From: Octopus sinensis
Lineage: Eukaryota
Direction of reading: 5' to 3'
DNA: 64,000 nucleotides
Assembly: GCF_006345805.1 (NCBI RefSeq)
Contig: NC_043001.1
Coordinates: 58,900,001 to 58,964,000, forward strand
Shown here one piece after another: positions 12,205 to 24,328 of the stretch. The notes under the pieces are model-generated. The model saw nothing but the letters and a program-made list of their open reading frames with translations, ran no database searches and was not told the DNA's origin. The translations under genes were made by a program, and so were the position numbers. Each line of letters opens with the position of its first letter. The first letter of the stretch is position 1.

Positions 12205-13200
12205 CATTATTATTATTGCTATTTTATTATTATTATTTCTATTATTATTGTTGTTACTATTTATTCTATCTCTAGCTAACTTTATATTTTTACTATTAAG
12301 TCTAGCTATTATGGTAGCCATATTTGGAAGAGTAGAATATGATATTCTTACTGAATTCTTAGAAATTATTTTATAATATTTATGGGAAGCTGGGAAGTTT
12401 TCTCCAGTATAGACATAAATCTACAGTATATATTCGTTGAAATCGTACAGTTGAAGGGGATATTTAACCAAATAACATTTTTTTGATATTTTTTGTTTGA
12501 GTAAGAGTGGGAAAGATTAGTGTTATCCATATTCTTACGAGATTAATTATTCATTTAAGTCTTATCTTTAGTATTATTAGGTTTTTTCTTCGTGGTAGAG
12601 ATTTTTGTATAATTATTTATATTTACTTTATCTGGATTAACATTTTCATATTTATTTATGATATGTTTACTATTTTCATTCATATTATTGAGTTTATATT
12701 CTAGGTTCTTTTCTTCTATTGATTTATGTTTATTTAGAGTATGTGATTCTATATTATTTGAGCCATTTACATTCACTTCATCGTTTAAGAGATTTATGTT
12801 ATCAAGATCTAGGAAGGTGATTTCCTGGTCGTATCCGGTTTTGGATAATGCAACATTATAATGATTAGAGTGAAAGTCAAAGATTTCAATATTCGATTAT
12901 AATTTTGAAATTCGCTGAGAAATATGACAAGTTTTAAATACTATTGGAACTTGCTCATAAAATGCTGGAATCTTATATGTATAGCATTCTGCCTAAATAA
13001 TGGAACTAAAGATATAATATCCCAGCATATCTCACGTCTATTTTCATTCCTCCACTTCACCCTCTATTTCATATCTTATCTAGAATAACTATTGCTTAAC
13101 CAATTCCTCACACCATCTCCAATGAAGGGATGTATAAAATACTCGGGAAACAGTTGTAAGATCATCTCTTTATAAATGTTATGAAATCTTGGATTTTATC
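11353..13200 (-). mobile_element. Second Naiad-type PLE, 5'-truncated and degenerate (RT C-half, thumb, Asn linker, GIY-YIG)
   Basis: Minus-strand motifs in order: L*RDD (about 13161-13176, same spacing to ISQRIS as in copy 1), HISQRISKL*SNIEIF, YNVALSKTGY, WLNIPFN..STNI, KNSVRISYSTLPNMA, poly-Asn, PPICNCRIRSKCPVSSRC..VIYKC, WDIVRKARPY..CDVC, LLNNRLEL.SSCIH. Confidence 0.88.
12002..12250. repeat. (ATT/AAT)n microsatellite inside the PLE coding linker
   Basis: About 250 bp of imperfect ATT repeat between the ISYS motif and the CNC Zn motif of the minus-strand PLE. Confidence 0.95.
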
Positions 13201-13339
13201 TCATTCTGTTAATATATACACATAAATATATATAGATATATGTTTGTTTGTTTGTGAGTGTGTGTGTATATGTGTGTGTGTACATACATATATATGCCAA
13301 AATACACACATGCATGCATATATATGTGTATGTTTAGGT

Positions 13340-14500
13340 ATTTGGGGTTTGGCTACAAAGTTTGTATGGCAACCACTATATTCTGATGCAATGTGAACAG
13401 ATGGAGTTTAACTTTCAAAATGTATCCTCTTCAGGTCTCACACTTCATCCAGTAGTGTTATCATGTTTGGTTCTTATTAGTGCAGAAGATTTTATCATGC
13501 TATTCAAAGAGTCATCAACAGCAGGTATGGCGTCACCATCATTGCATACTTGTTTCCGGTTGTGTTTTGCACGTTGGAGAACAGATGACAGTCAGGTGGG
13601 GTCAAATAAGGATAAGATGGAGGTTGATAAATCAGTTCAAAACCACAATCATTCACAGCATGAACCTGGCTAAAGGAGCATTGCTTTGAAGAAACAAGAA
13701 CACTTTCTCCACTTTCATGGTTGTATTATTTTGATATCATTTCGTCACTTCCTTAACAAGTTGGTATAGTACTCTCCATTGATGGCGTGGCCCTTTGGAA
13801 GATGGTCAATAAACACAATGCCATTTGCATCCTAAAAAGCTGAGACCATCACATTCTCTGAAGATGAAATGACCTTGGCTTTCTTTGGGACAGATTGGCG
13901 GAGGTGTTCCACTGCATGGATTGTATTTATTTTCCCGGTTCAAAGTAATGTAATCAACATCCATCCAGATTTAGAAAACATCCAAAGAAATCAGCTGGTT
14001 CTGCCTCAAATAATGTCAGAGTTTACTGTGATGTGGTGAGCCTGGTGCACGTTTGATGAAGTGCCAGCAAACGTGGTACTCAGCGATCAGATAACATTGT
14101 CACGCTAAATTCGAAGGCGGCCGTTGCAGGACGTTCAGTCCGTGGGTCATCTCCAAGATTCTGTCTTCCCCTCCGAAATTAAGCCACCCATTTTTCACCT
14201 GTTGATAAAGCTGGAACGTCATCACATGAAGTAGCAACCATGTCGGTTGAGAATGGAGCAACAAAAAGGTTATTTGCAAGTACTTGATAACATTAACTAT
14301 GTCAAATTTTGTTCAAGTGGCTACTAGTTACATTTAAAACCTATTTTTAATAGTCATGCGTTAATTTACCTGAACGAATCTATGAAATTTGTAATAGTGG
14401 TTGAAATTGAGGCTTGCAAGATTTCATATCACTAGTTTCACTCCTTCATTGCCAACATTATTATAGACAATCAGGAGCAAGCCTTTGGAACAGATCCAAT
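13340..14500 (-). mobile_element. Mariner-family DNA transposon, decayed transposase
   Basis: Minus strand: STGEKWVA*FRRGRQNLGDDPRTERP, LSDR*VPRLL (WVPRLL), LHYFEP, PKKAKV..S..VMVSAF*DANGIVFIDHLPKG..INGEYY, FLQSNAP, CGFELIYQPPSYPYLTP (HPPYSPDLAP), WMKC. TIR boundaries are approximate. Confidence 0.88.
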
Positions 14501-14529
14501 AAATGTTGAAATCGACAAATATCTCAGTC

Positions 14530-14895
14530 AGTCAACAAGTGTAGAATCTGCGTGAAAAGGAGACGAGAATCTCAACCACATTTTGAAGGAGTTCGGAGTA
14601 CTTAAATAATAGGAACACAAGCACGGACATGACAGCGAAGACAAGGAAGTGCTCTAGGATGTTAATCGAGTTTGTTTCAAAGCAACAGAAAAGTGGTGTC
14701 AACACCAACCTGAACCTGTGATAGAGATCGAGAATTACAAGATCATGTGTGACTTCGCCATAAAGACCCAATATAAAAGACAGGGGAAGAAAAAATCGGG
14801 AAGTACCAAGAATTAAGACTGGAAGTGAAATGAATACATAGAAACTAAAAAAAGTGGTTGTGGTAACTATTGTAATCGGTACACTTGGGACCAAC
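14530..14895 (+). mobile_element. R4/Dong-like RLE LINE 3' fragment (A), internally deleted
   Basis: KCRIC; KWCQHQPEPVIEIENYKIMCDF; EKIGKYQELRLEV; VVVVTIVIGTLGT. Confidence 0.75.
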
Positions 14896-15168
14896 TAATA
14901 GGAACAATCACTTGGAATATTTAGCTGCAAGTACCAAACGCCGTAGGAAGTTTTCAAATGGCAGTAAATGTGGAAACAGCTCAGGTGTGGAGGAATGTGT
15001 TGCGTCCCTAAGCAGCAATATGGAGCTTAGACGTGACATAAACAAAGATAAATCAGTAAAGTGAATAATAGCAACAACTACAATGATGATGATGATAATA
15101 ATAATAATAATAATAACAATAATAACAATAATAATAATAGTAATAATTATAACAACAACAATAATAAC

Positions 15169-15203
<35 letters not shown>

Positions 15204-15215
15204 TAATAATAATAA

Positions 15216-15370
15216 TGTCGCGCACATATGGTTGTGACCATGTCGCGCACACATGGTTGTGATGCATGTGCCTGGTGTACCCTTATCAGACGGGTAGTCA
15301 TGATGGGTATACTGGGCTTCGTATATTTTACCTCAGTGTCACTTTGATGGCATGCTCTGCTCGCTCACTC
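15216..15370. repeat. Short interspersed repeat with a 25-bp tandem duplication at its start, between (AAT)n tracts
   Basis: ATGTCGCGCACA(T/C)ATGGTTGTGA occurs twice in tandem. The rest resembles a common cephalopod repeat ending GCATGC...CTCACTC(AAT)n (from recall, not a search). Confidence 0.5.
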
Positions 15371-15399
<29 letters not shown>

Positions 15400-15404
<5 letters not shown>

Positions 15405-16529
15405 TCCCAGCAATGGTTGAGAAGCTCAGGACTCAAAGCAGAAACAGAGGGATTTTTAATTGCAGCACAAGACCAAAGCCTCCCCACCAGAAATTACCAA
15501 AAACATGTAATGAAAAGAAATATTACAAGTAACTGCAGAATATGTGGAGATGGACAAGAAACAATAAACCATATTATCTCTAGCTGCCCAATCCTGGCTA
15601 AGAAGGAATATATTCACAGACACGATAGAGTTGGAACCTACATACATTGGAAGCTATGCCAACATTATGGAATAACAACAGAAAAAAGATGGTATAGGCA
15701 CACACCAGAAAAGGTCACAGAAAACGAGAAAGCAACCATACTCTGGGATATGCTGATACACACAGATAGAGAAATTAAGGCCAACAGACCAGATATAGTT
15801 GTCAGAGATCATGAAGAAAAAAAATGCTTTCTAATTGATGTATCAATACCGGCAGATGACAACGTGTCTCTAAAAGAAATGGAGAAACTCTCAAAATACA
15901 AAGACCTGGAAATAAAGATAACTAGAATGTGGAATCTGAAAACAGAAACAATTCCTATCATAATAGGTGCATTAGGCATGATGAGAGCTCAAAATCTCTC
16001 GTGGAGGCGCCATCCAACTAAAATGCAAATATATGGGAAATTACCACCTGTGTCATCTCTTGTGAAGGGTAGGAGAGTCCAGTTTGCTGGACATTGTTGT
16101 AGAGCTGAAAAAGAAGTAATTTCTACTCTTCTCCTCTGGAAGCCATCTACTCGCAACACCAGAGGGCGCACACTCTCCTACCCTGATGTAATCTCCAGGG
16201 ATACAGGCATCCAGCAACATGACCTCCGTAATGCTATGATGGACCGTGAAGTCTGGCGCAACATGGTAAATTCCATTGTCTCGACCACGGTCGAACAATG
16301 ATGATGATGATGATAAAAAAATATTCAGACAAATACATAACAAAAACACCAGGACTTACAAACACATATAACATACAGAAAATTGCACTACTAGGCACTG
16401 CACACATCCTACGCAGAACACTTTCCATACAATAACCATCAGAGCATCACAACAAATCACAGCACATACCCAAGGCACACAGAGCTGCGCTCGGTAGTGA
16501 AGTGAAAGCACGCTATAAAAATAAAACTA

Positions 16530-16532
<3 letters not shown>
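15400..16532 (+). mobile_element. R4/Dong-like RLE LINE 3' fragment (B) flanked by (AAT)n on both sides; contains an RTE insertion
   Basis: ETEGFLIAAQDQ, CCHC knuckle CRICG..ETINHIISSC, RHD, RLE core RPDIVV..IDVSIP..EKLSKY, IPIIIGALG. It resumes after the insertion as IKKYSDK...QKIALLGTAHILRRTLS*. (AAT)n lies at 15371-15400 and 16533-16592. Confidence 0.92.
15983..16309 (+). mobile_element. 5'-truncated RTE-clade LINE 3' end inserted into Dong fragment B
   Basis: RRVQFAGHCCRA...LLLWKP...RGR...YPDVISRDTG...DREVWR with a (TGA)n tail. Apparent ATGAT target duplication at 15978-15982 and 16310-16314. Confidence 0.88.
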
Positions 16533-16593
<61 letters not shown>

Positions 16594-17289
16594 GTTTACA
16601 GCTTTTGGAGTTGTCCAGTATTTATATTTTGGCAGTTGCGTACTTTAATTTTTATCGTGCATTTAATTGTGTTGTTACAATAAATGGCATGTTTATATAT
16701 TCTGTTATTCAGGGAAGAAGGGAAGACAAAATGTTCAAACATAATTAGAGATTTTAAAGTTTCTAAATTTTTTGAGGTGTTCATCTGTATGTCCGTTCAG
16801 AGAAAACTGGGGTTTTATTTATTTTTTTTTTTTTACAATAAAAAAGATGTTTACATTTTCGAATATTCGGGGAAAAGGGCACGGAAAGAAAAGTAAGGTG
16901 AATTTTTTCACATATAATTGTATTTATGAAGTTTTTAAAATTTACTGGAGATGATCTTTTGTCTGTCCGAACGGAGAAAACTGTAGTGTTCTTGGAATGA
17001 AGAGGATATTTATATTTTCGAATATTCAGGAGGAAAGGAAATGATAAGTATTCACAGAAGGCTTTAAAGTACTCATTAAATGTTTTAAAGATGATTGTTT
17101 ATGTGTTCGAAAGATATGTAAGTTACTTAATTTATTTTGAGGGAAATTCAAAATACTCACGGGAAACTGTAGATATTCCAGTCTTTTAGAGTTATTTTTT
17201 CAGCTGTCGTGCTGGGTTGTATTTCTATTTTTGTTTCTTCAACTACTGACTGGTCAGAGACGCAGAGAACACCACCAACCGCTGTCACC

Positions 17290-19632
17290 TCCAACCGCCT
17301 ATTTTGGAGTGACATCTGGAGCAAAGACAAGGGGCACAAAAAGGTTTCTGAATGGTTGCAAGTACTGAAACAAGAAGTAGTCTGTCCAAAACTAGTCATT
17401 TCAGTTAGGGAAGTGAAGGAAATCAGCAACAAAATGAGCAACTGGAAGGCCCTGGGACCAGATGGTGTTCAGGTCTACTGAATCAATAGATTTCGTGAAT
17501 GTCATGCACGAATAGCTGCGCAACTCAATACCTTGTTAAATGCCGACCAATTAACACCAGTGTGGTCGACATTGTTAGGACAGTGATGTGCCTGATAAAC
17601 ATCGTAAAAGGCAATACGGTAGAAAATTACAGGCCGATATCATGTTTGCCACTTATGTAGAAGTTATTGACTGGAATACTAGTAGTCTCAATGTACAAAC
17701 ATCTGGGGAAAAATAGTGTCCTGCCACATGAGCAGAAGTGTTGCAAGCTTAGGTGCAGTGGTACCAAGGATCAACTTTTGATAGACAAAACTGTACTTAG
17801 AGACTGTAATTTAGCCATGTCATGAAATGACTATCGTAAGGCGTACGATATGATCCCACATTCTTCGAGTATGGAGTTTATGAGCCTATTTGGGCTTGCA
17901 TCGAATGTTGAGCGATTGCTAGGAAAAAGTATGGCGAATTGGAGTACGGACTTGATAGCATACGAAAGAAGTTTAGGGACAGTAGAAATTAAGAGGGGCA
18001 TTTTCTAAGGGGACTGCCTGTCCCCACTGATCTTTGTACTGTGCTTGATACCACTAACACGGATTCTGAGGAATGCAGAACCAGGGTATGTATACAAAAG
18101 CCGCCAACAAAATGTCGACTATTTGTTATTCCTGGATGACATCAAACTTTATGGTAGGGATGAATCCCAAGTCAATTCCCTCGTTGATAGTGCTGATATC
18201 AGAATGGAGTTGGGACCTGGAAAGAGCGGTTTGTTGGTCATGAAGAGAGGCAAAATCAAATGAATAGACGGGCTAACTATTCCGTCGGAGGAGGTTTTGA
18301 AGCTGATAGAAAAGTCGGGCAATATGTGCTTGGGGATTTTGGAAGTAAATAAATTCATGGAGAAAGGAAAAAAAAAATTACGGTAGAGTACTTGTACAGA
18401 CTGAGACTGATACTTAAGTCGAAATTAAACAGACGGAATAAGATCAAAGCGATCAACACCTGGGCAGTTTCACTCTTTAGATATGGAGCAGGGGTAATCA
18501 CATGGACAGTAGACGAACTAAATAGCTTAGACAGAAAGACAAGGAAGTTGCTAACTATAGATGGGTCACTCCATCCAAAAAGTGACACAAACAGACTGTA
18601 TGTACCAAGAAAAAGATCGGGAAGAGGACTATTACGTGCGAACGCACCATTAGAGCAGAAGAAAACAACATAGCATGGTATATAAAAAATGCCGCAGAAC
18701 CGCTATTATTAGAAGTAGGAAGGTCAGGCTTGTGTAGGATGAAAGATTGCAAAGATAAAGCACCATACAAGAAATTGAAAACGAATGAAACTGAAAATAT
18801 GTGGTTAAAGAAAATAATGCATGGGCAATTTCATATGGATGTTGAAGATAAGCCAGACAGAGAAAAAGGATGGCTGTGGGTGAATAATATTATTTAAAAC
18901 CGGAAACGGAGGCTCTAATCTGTGCTTCCGAAGAGGAAGCACTAAGAACAAATTACATAAAATACAGAATAGACAACACAGCAGAAAGTGCAGAATCTAT
19001 GGACAAAACGTTGAAACCTTATGGTATATTACCAGCCAATGTACACCACTAGCCCAGAAAGGATATAAGAGACGCCACGGCAATACAGCCAGGCTGGTCC
19101 ATTGGACACTTTCCAACAAATGTGGACTTGACAGAGCAAAAAATTTGGTTCGACCACAAACCCGAAGGCATCGTCGAAAATAGAAAAGCAAAGATCCTGC
19201 GGGATTTCATGATTCAGTGCGGCCATGAGATAGAGAATAGGAAGCCGGACATAGTCTTAATTGAGAAAGAAAGCAAACTATGCTGGATCATAGACATAGC
19301 ATGTCCAATTGACAACAAGGTTTGCGATAAGGAAGGAGGAAAAGTCGAGAGATATGACTGGTTAGCTTGGGAAGTTAAGCAGTTGTAGTCGATGAAAAAG
19401 TTAGCAGTAGTACCATTAATTTTTGGAGCACTGGGAACAGTGAGCAAAAATCTTTAGAAGTACGTGGGACAAACAGAGGCTGCAATAAGTTGGAGCGCTA
19501 GCAGAAAACAGCACTGCGTGGAACCGATCGAATACTCCGGGAGGGGCTTGAAAACTAAGAGTTACCTTAGTTCACTGGTAGTGAACATTTAACACTGTAA
19601 TACATCTCCAGCGTTAGAAGCTGTACAAAGGC
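17290..19632 (+). mobile_element. R4/Dong-like RLE LINE (C): degenerate RT plus RLE, followed by (AAT)n
   Basis: FWSDIW, WKALGPDGVQ, NYRPISCL, QLLIDK, DYRKAYDMIPH, RGIF*GDCLSP, LFLDDIKLY, WAVSLFRYGAG, LHPKSDTNRLY, RKPDIVLI..IIDIACP, PLIFGALG. Tail (AAT)n at about 19633-19710. Confidence 0.92.
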
Positions 19633-19703
<71 letters not shown>

Positions 19704-19710
19704 TAATAAT

Positions 19711-20331
19711 GAGAGCACTATACTGGCAGCGCAAGACCAAGATTTGTCCACGAAGTGGAGATTCAACCTTAATATGAACAATTGTCTCCGCTGCGCGGCA
19801 TCTGTAATAGAGAAGACGAATTCAATGCCTTTACCACGAAAGAATTCCCTAGACTTACCGAAAATCTCTGCACGTTATGACGACACAATAAGCTACCGAA
19901 AGTGCTACATTGGAGACTGAGGGAAAAGTGGACACTAGGGAAAGGCAAGACGTGGTATGAGCACAAACCCCAGGAAGTGGCAGAATCGACGGATTTCAAA
20001 ATCCTCAGATCAGGGGCTAGAGCATAACATATGTTGATCTAGAGGTGGTGGAAAAGATGCACCAAATGTGCCCTATAGTTGATTTTGCGTGCCTCTTTCA
20101 CCCACGAATAATCAACAAAGAAGGTGAAAAATAGATAAATCCAACTCTCTTGAGCACGAAATATCCCGGCAATGGAAAATGAAGACGATGCCAATTATTT
20201 TCGATATTTGGGGACTGTATCAGAATGCATCAAGAGGAATATCACGGAATATAAAGAAATATAAAGAGCTGTTACAAATGATTCGCTTCCTTGGCACGGC
20301 CAGAATAATCAGGAAAGTATTAAATAGTTGA
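19711..20331 (+). mobile_element. R4/Dong-like RLE LINE 3' fragment (D), starting right after C's (AAT)n tail
   Basis: ESTILAAQDQ, RRHNKLPKVLHW, WYEHKPQEVAES, VDFAC, FLGTARIIRKVLNS*. Confidence 0.8.
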
Positions 20332-22318
20332 AAAGAACGAATAGCATGGCGCAGTAGGCTACATGTAGCAAGACTGCTACCAATGCAAGACTCCAGGATT
20401 TCCTAGCAAAACCCAAGATAAAAGAAAGCATTGTAGTAATTTTGGCATAAGGCCAGCAAGTTCGGGGAAGGGCATAAATTGATTACATGGACCCCAGTGT
20501 TCATCATCATGATCATAATCATCATCATCGTCATCATCACTATCATCATCCCTACCTTTATCGTGATTTGAGTGGAATGGAATCTAGAATTTTCCATGTC
20601 ATATGCTTGAAACTTGGGCATATCTATAACGTCATTTCTGTGTATTCAGATTATATTTTTGATTAGCTACGATTATCTGTTATGAATTATCACTAAGCAT
20701 TACCAAGCTAGCGCGCCATAATGTTTGTGAATTGAGACTCAGAGCAGCAGCTGCGTCCTCAGAGTTAATTTTACTACTTACTGTATAAAACTGACCTTTC
20801 TCTATCTAATCGACTATAGATTTACAAAAGCAGAAGCCGTTATTTACTTCGGTGAAAGATGAAGAAATATTTCTTTTTACCCAACGGTCGTTTTTTGATG
20901 CTTATTCGCATGTTCATATCCTAAGAATGCACAAATTACACATTACCGAATGATTGATTACATTTCCATCATATTAAGAATTTTGTTTATCATCACGAAG
21001 ATCAATTTTCAACAATAATTTACTACACATATATTTCTACAATCTCTTTATATAAAAGCGAACAACGTTTGCTTCGTAATTCCAATATTTGTAACAAATA
21101 CATTATGTATCCTATGGTATCTATTTTCTTACAGTTAATGTTCGACTTCACCAGAAAATTTGGTTAATGTTTTGTGATAAGCTAACCTTATTAACACCAA
21201 TCAATCCTTGGTATTCTGTTATCTCTGTATTATATAGCCCTAAAGTTCGTAATATCTCCTGGTATTACAGAGTTTCTGACAAATGAAATATATCGATGAA
21301 TCTCTTTGCCTTGATAAAACTTAGACAACTTGTGTAAGCAAATCACAAACGGCTTTGAGTAAATAACTGAAATTAGGGCAAAATCTACACTAACTAACAT
21401 ATTTTTTTAAAAAGTGTTCCGGAAATAAATGTGACTAGAGTGTTTCTGACTATAAGAATGCTTAACACTACTGACCGGGGTAAAAATGCATAATTAAGAG
21501 CAATTGCGACACAACAATGAAATATATTCGATCTAATGAGAGAGCTCTTATTTAGGCATCCCACTTGCAAGTAATTTCTAAAAAGTTTCCGTTTAACCAC
21601 TCACTGTCTCTCTCCTCATCTCTCTATCTCTTTTTCTCTCTCTACACATACATACACACACACAGAGGGTCTTATCAAATGTAATGTAAAAACAAGCATA
21701 ACGTGTTATAAATTAACATGAGTTATATTGTCTCCAAGAGTGTATGCGCCAGCCAACATTGTAAATGAAAATCACAGGCACTGCATTAGATAAAAGGAAG
21801 CTCCGTGAAATGGACTCTATGTGGCATGCATCACTAACAAAAGCCAACCGGATTTGCTTAAAGTTGTGACATTTGTGTAGGTGCCAAAACTTTGGACAGC
21901 TGTTGACGGAGATGTTTTCTGTGTATGTTTAACCTTACCAATGGAACATAGCCCCCCTACAAATTACGATTGTAAGGGATTAGCGCCTTCCACGATACCG
22001 AACATTGTTGTTTTTCAAGAGTGGTTGCTACTAGTTACGTTTGAAGTCTCCTTTGAACAGTCAGATGTCAGTTTATCTATAAAGAAATTGATAAGAAATG
22101 TTAAAATTTATGTATGTAAGATTCCTCATAATAGCATCATTTTCTGTGAACTTTTAAACCAACTTTCGTAATGTAGCAAAAGAGTGATAACTCAATGTAT
22201 GGATTACTTTTTGGTTTTATATAAATCGATGATTCGGCGTGAGACACCGAGTAACCAGACAGTAAATCACCTCTATTATCCTAATATGTATATATGTGCA
22301 TATGAGCGTGTATATATA

Positions 22319-22320
22319 AA

Positions 22321-22378
<58 letters not shown>

Positions 22379-22381
22379 GCG

Positions 22382-22451
<70 letters not shown>

Positions 22452-22644
22452 TAAATACATACACATATATATGTGTGTGTGTTTCTCTGAGTGTGTATGT
22501 TTGTGTGTGTTTATGTGTGTGTACGTATGTATGTATACAAATATACATATGTCTATCAATCTATCTCTGTCTGTGTATGTGTATGCTTTTATATATGCAT
22601 CTATATGCGTACTGCATCTCGAGGTGTCTATTAGTTGTAACTCT

Positions 22645-22677
<33 letters not shown>

Positions 22678-22713
22678 ATCTCTCTCTCTCTCTATCTCTC
22701 TCTCTCTCGCGCG

Positions 22714-22774
<61 letters not shown>

Positions 22775-22991
22775 TAAATACATACACATATATATGTGTG
22801 TGTGTTTCTCTGAGTGTGTATGTTTGTGTGTGTTTATGTGTGTGTACGTATGTATGTATACAAATATACATATGTCTATCAATCTATCTCTGTCTGTGTA
22901 TGTGTATGCTTTTATATATGCATCTATATGCGTACTGCATCTCGAGGTGTCTATTAGTTGTAACTCTCTCTCTCTCTCTCTCTCTCTCTCC
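22319..22991. repeat. Tandem duplication of a roughly 323-bp unit bounded by (CT)n
   Basis: 22319-22640 and 22641-22963 are essentially identical outside the microsatellite tracts, each (CT)n-GCGC-(TA)n-unique...GAGGTGTCTATTAGTTGTAA. Confidence 0.95.
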
Positions 22992-23484
22992 TTCCGGCTT
23001 AAACATCCTTTCTCGTCCTGTTCTCTCATTCACTCTCACTTTCACTTTCTATTTATGCATTTTCTCCATTCCTCCTCTTTCACCTTGTGATCAAATTTAA
23101 TTATCCACTCGTTAACCTAACTGAATTATCCTTTTTCGCTTATTTTTATTTTGCAAATTTAGGATTCAGATTGTTTCTTAAAAGTCTTCTCTTATGGTGC
23201 TAATTAGTCGCATCCATGGAAATCGTATGTGGCTTCTCTGAAAGAACTAACAGGAACCCTAATTCTGTAGCTTGTGTTGTGATTATCTTTGTTGTTTTTA
23301 CTTGATTTCTTGCTAATGTGAAACCAGACTGCAGCTGTATAAATGGTGTAGGACAAAACACCAGCTTATTGGTCAGTAAAAATACTTATCAATAGCTGCC
23401 AGGTTAAAGTGCTTTACTATTTAATTCATGGGTAAATGTATTTATAGAGGGATCCATCCTATCATGCTAAATCTGCATGAGATC

Positions 23485-24328
23485 TACGATGCCTGATCAA
23501 TAAGCATCCGCATTGTTTGCATAGTATCATAGATAAAGCACGCAGAGCAAATCCGATCGGCACAGATTCACGTTGAAATCTGTTGTGAATGCACACTCAA
23601 ATGTAATGCTCTAGCTTAATCCCGCTGTTTACAGCAGTGCTTGAAATGAAGGTGTGTAGCGTATGATTGTCGCATTGACCATGACAGATAAAGTTGACCT
23701 ACGTAAAGTCGCAGAAAGTGTATGGAGAGGAGTGTATGAGTGGTTCAGACGTTTCTAAAATGGTCGAAAAAATGTCGATATTGTCGAACGTTCTGGGAGA
23801 CCAGCAACCAGAACTGAGAAAAACATCGCAGATGTGCAAACAACTGTGAAGGGAAATCATCGAGTCACCACCCGTGAGCTATTAGATGATGCACAGAATA
23901 GTTACGGTTCATTTCAGCCCATTATCATTGAAGATTTGAAAATGAGACGCATGTCTGCCAATTTGGTGCTAAAACTGCTTTCGACTGACCAAAAAGACAC
24001 TCGGGCTTCAGTTGCACAAGATCTCATTGATTGTGTCGAGAACGATGAAATCTTTGCGAAGGCTTCTCTGCATGTATCGCCAAGCTTTTGGCAGAATTTA
24101 ATGCAGATTCTCTGCTCAACTTCCTCTGTCATGGTCAATGCGACGATCACACGCTACACCCCTTCATTTCAAACCTTGCTGTAAACAGAGAAAGTGAACT
24201 ACAACGTGAATGCTTACTACACATGCACACACTAGTTCAAGGTCAATCTGTGCCAAGCGGCTTTACTTTCTCTGCTTTAGCTTCGTTACTGTGGCGAATG
24301 TTCGCATATTTATTGATCAGACCACGTA
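23485..24328. mobile_element. Fold-back mariner derivative: two 5' ends facing inward, TA at both ends
   Basis: Left end TA|CGATGCCTGATCAATAAG; right end (reverse complement) TA|CGTGGTCTGATCAATAAA. About 220 bp of homology runs to the start codons. Plus: MTDKV...VYEWFRRF..GR....ERSGRP...LKLL. Minus: MTEEVEQRICIKFCQKLG. Confidence 0.85.
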
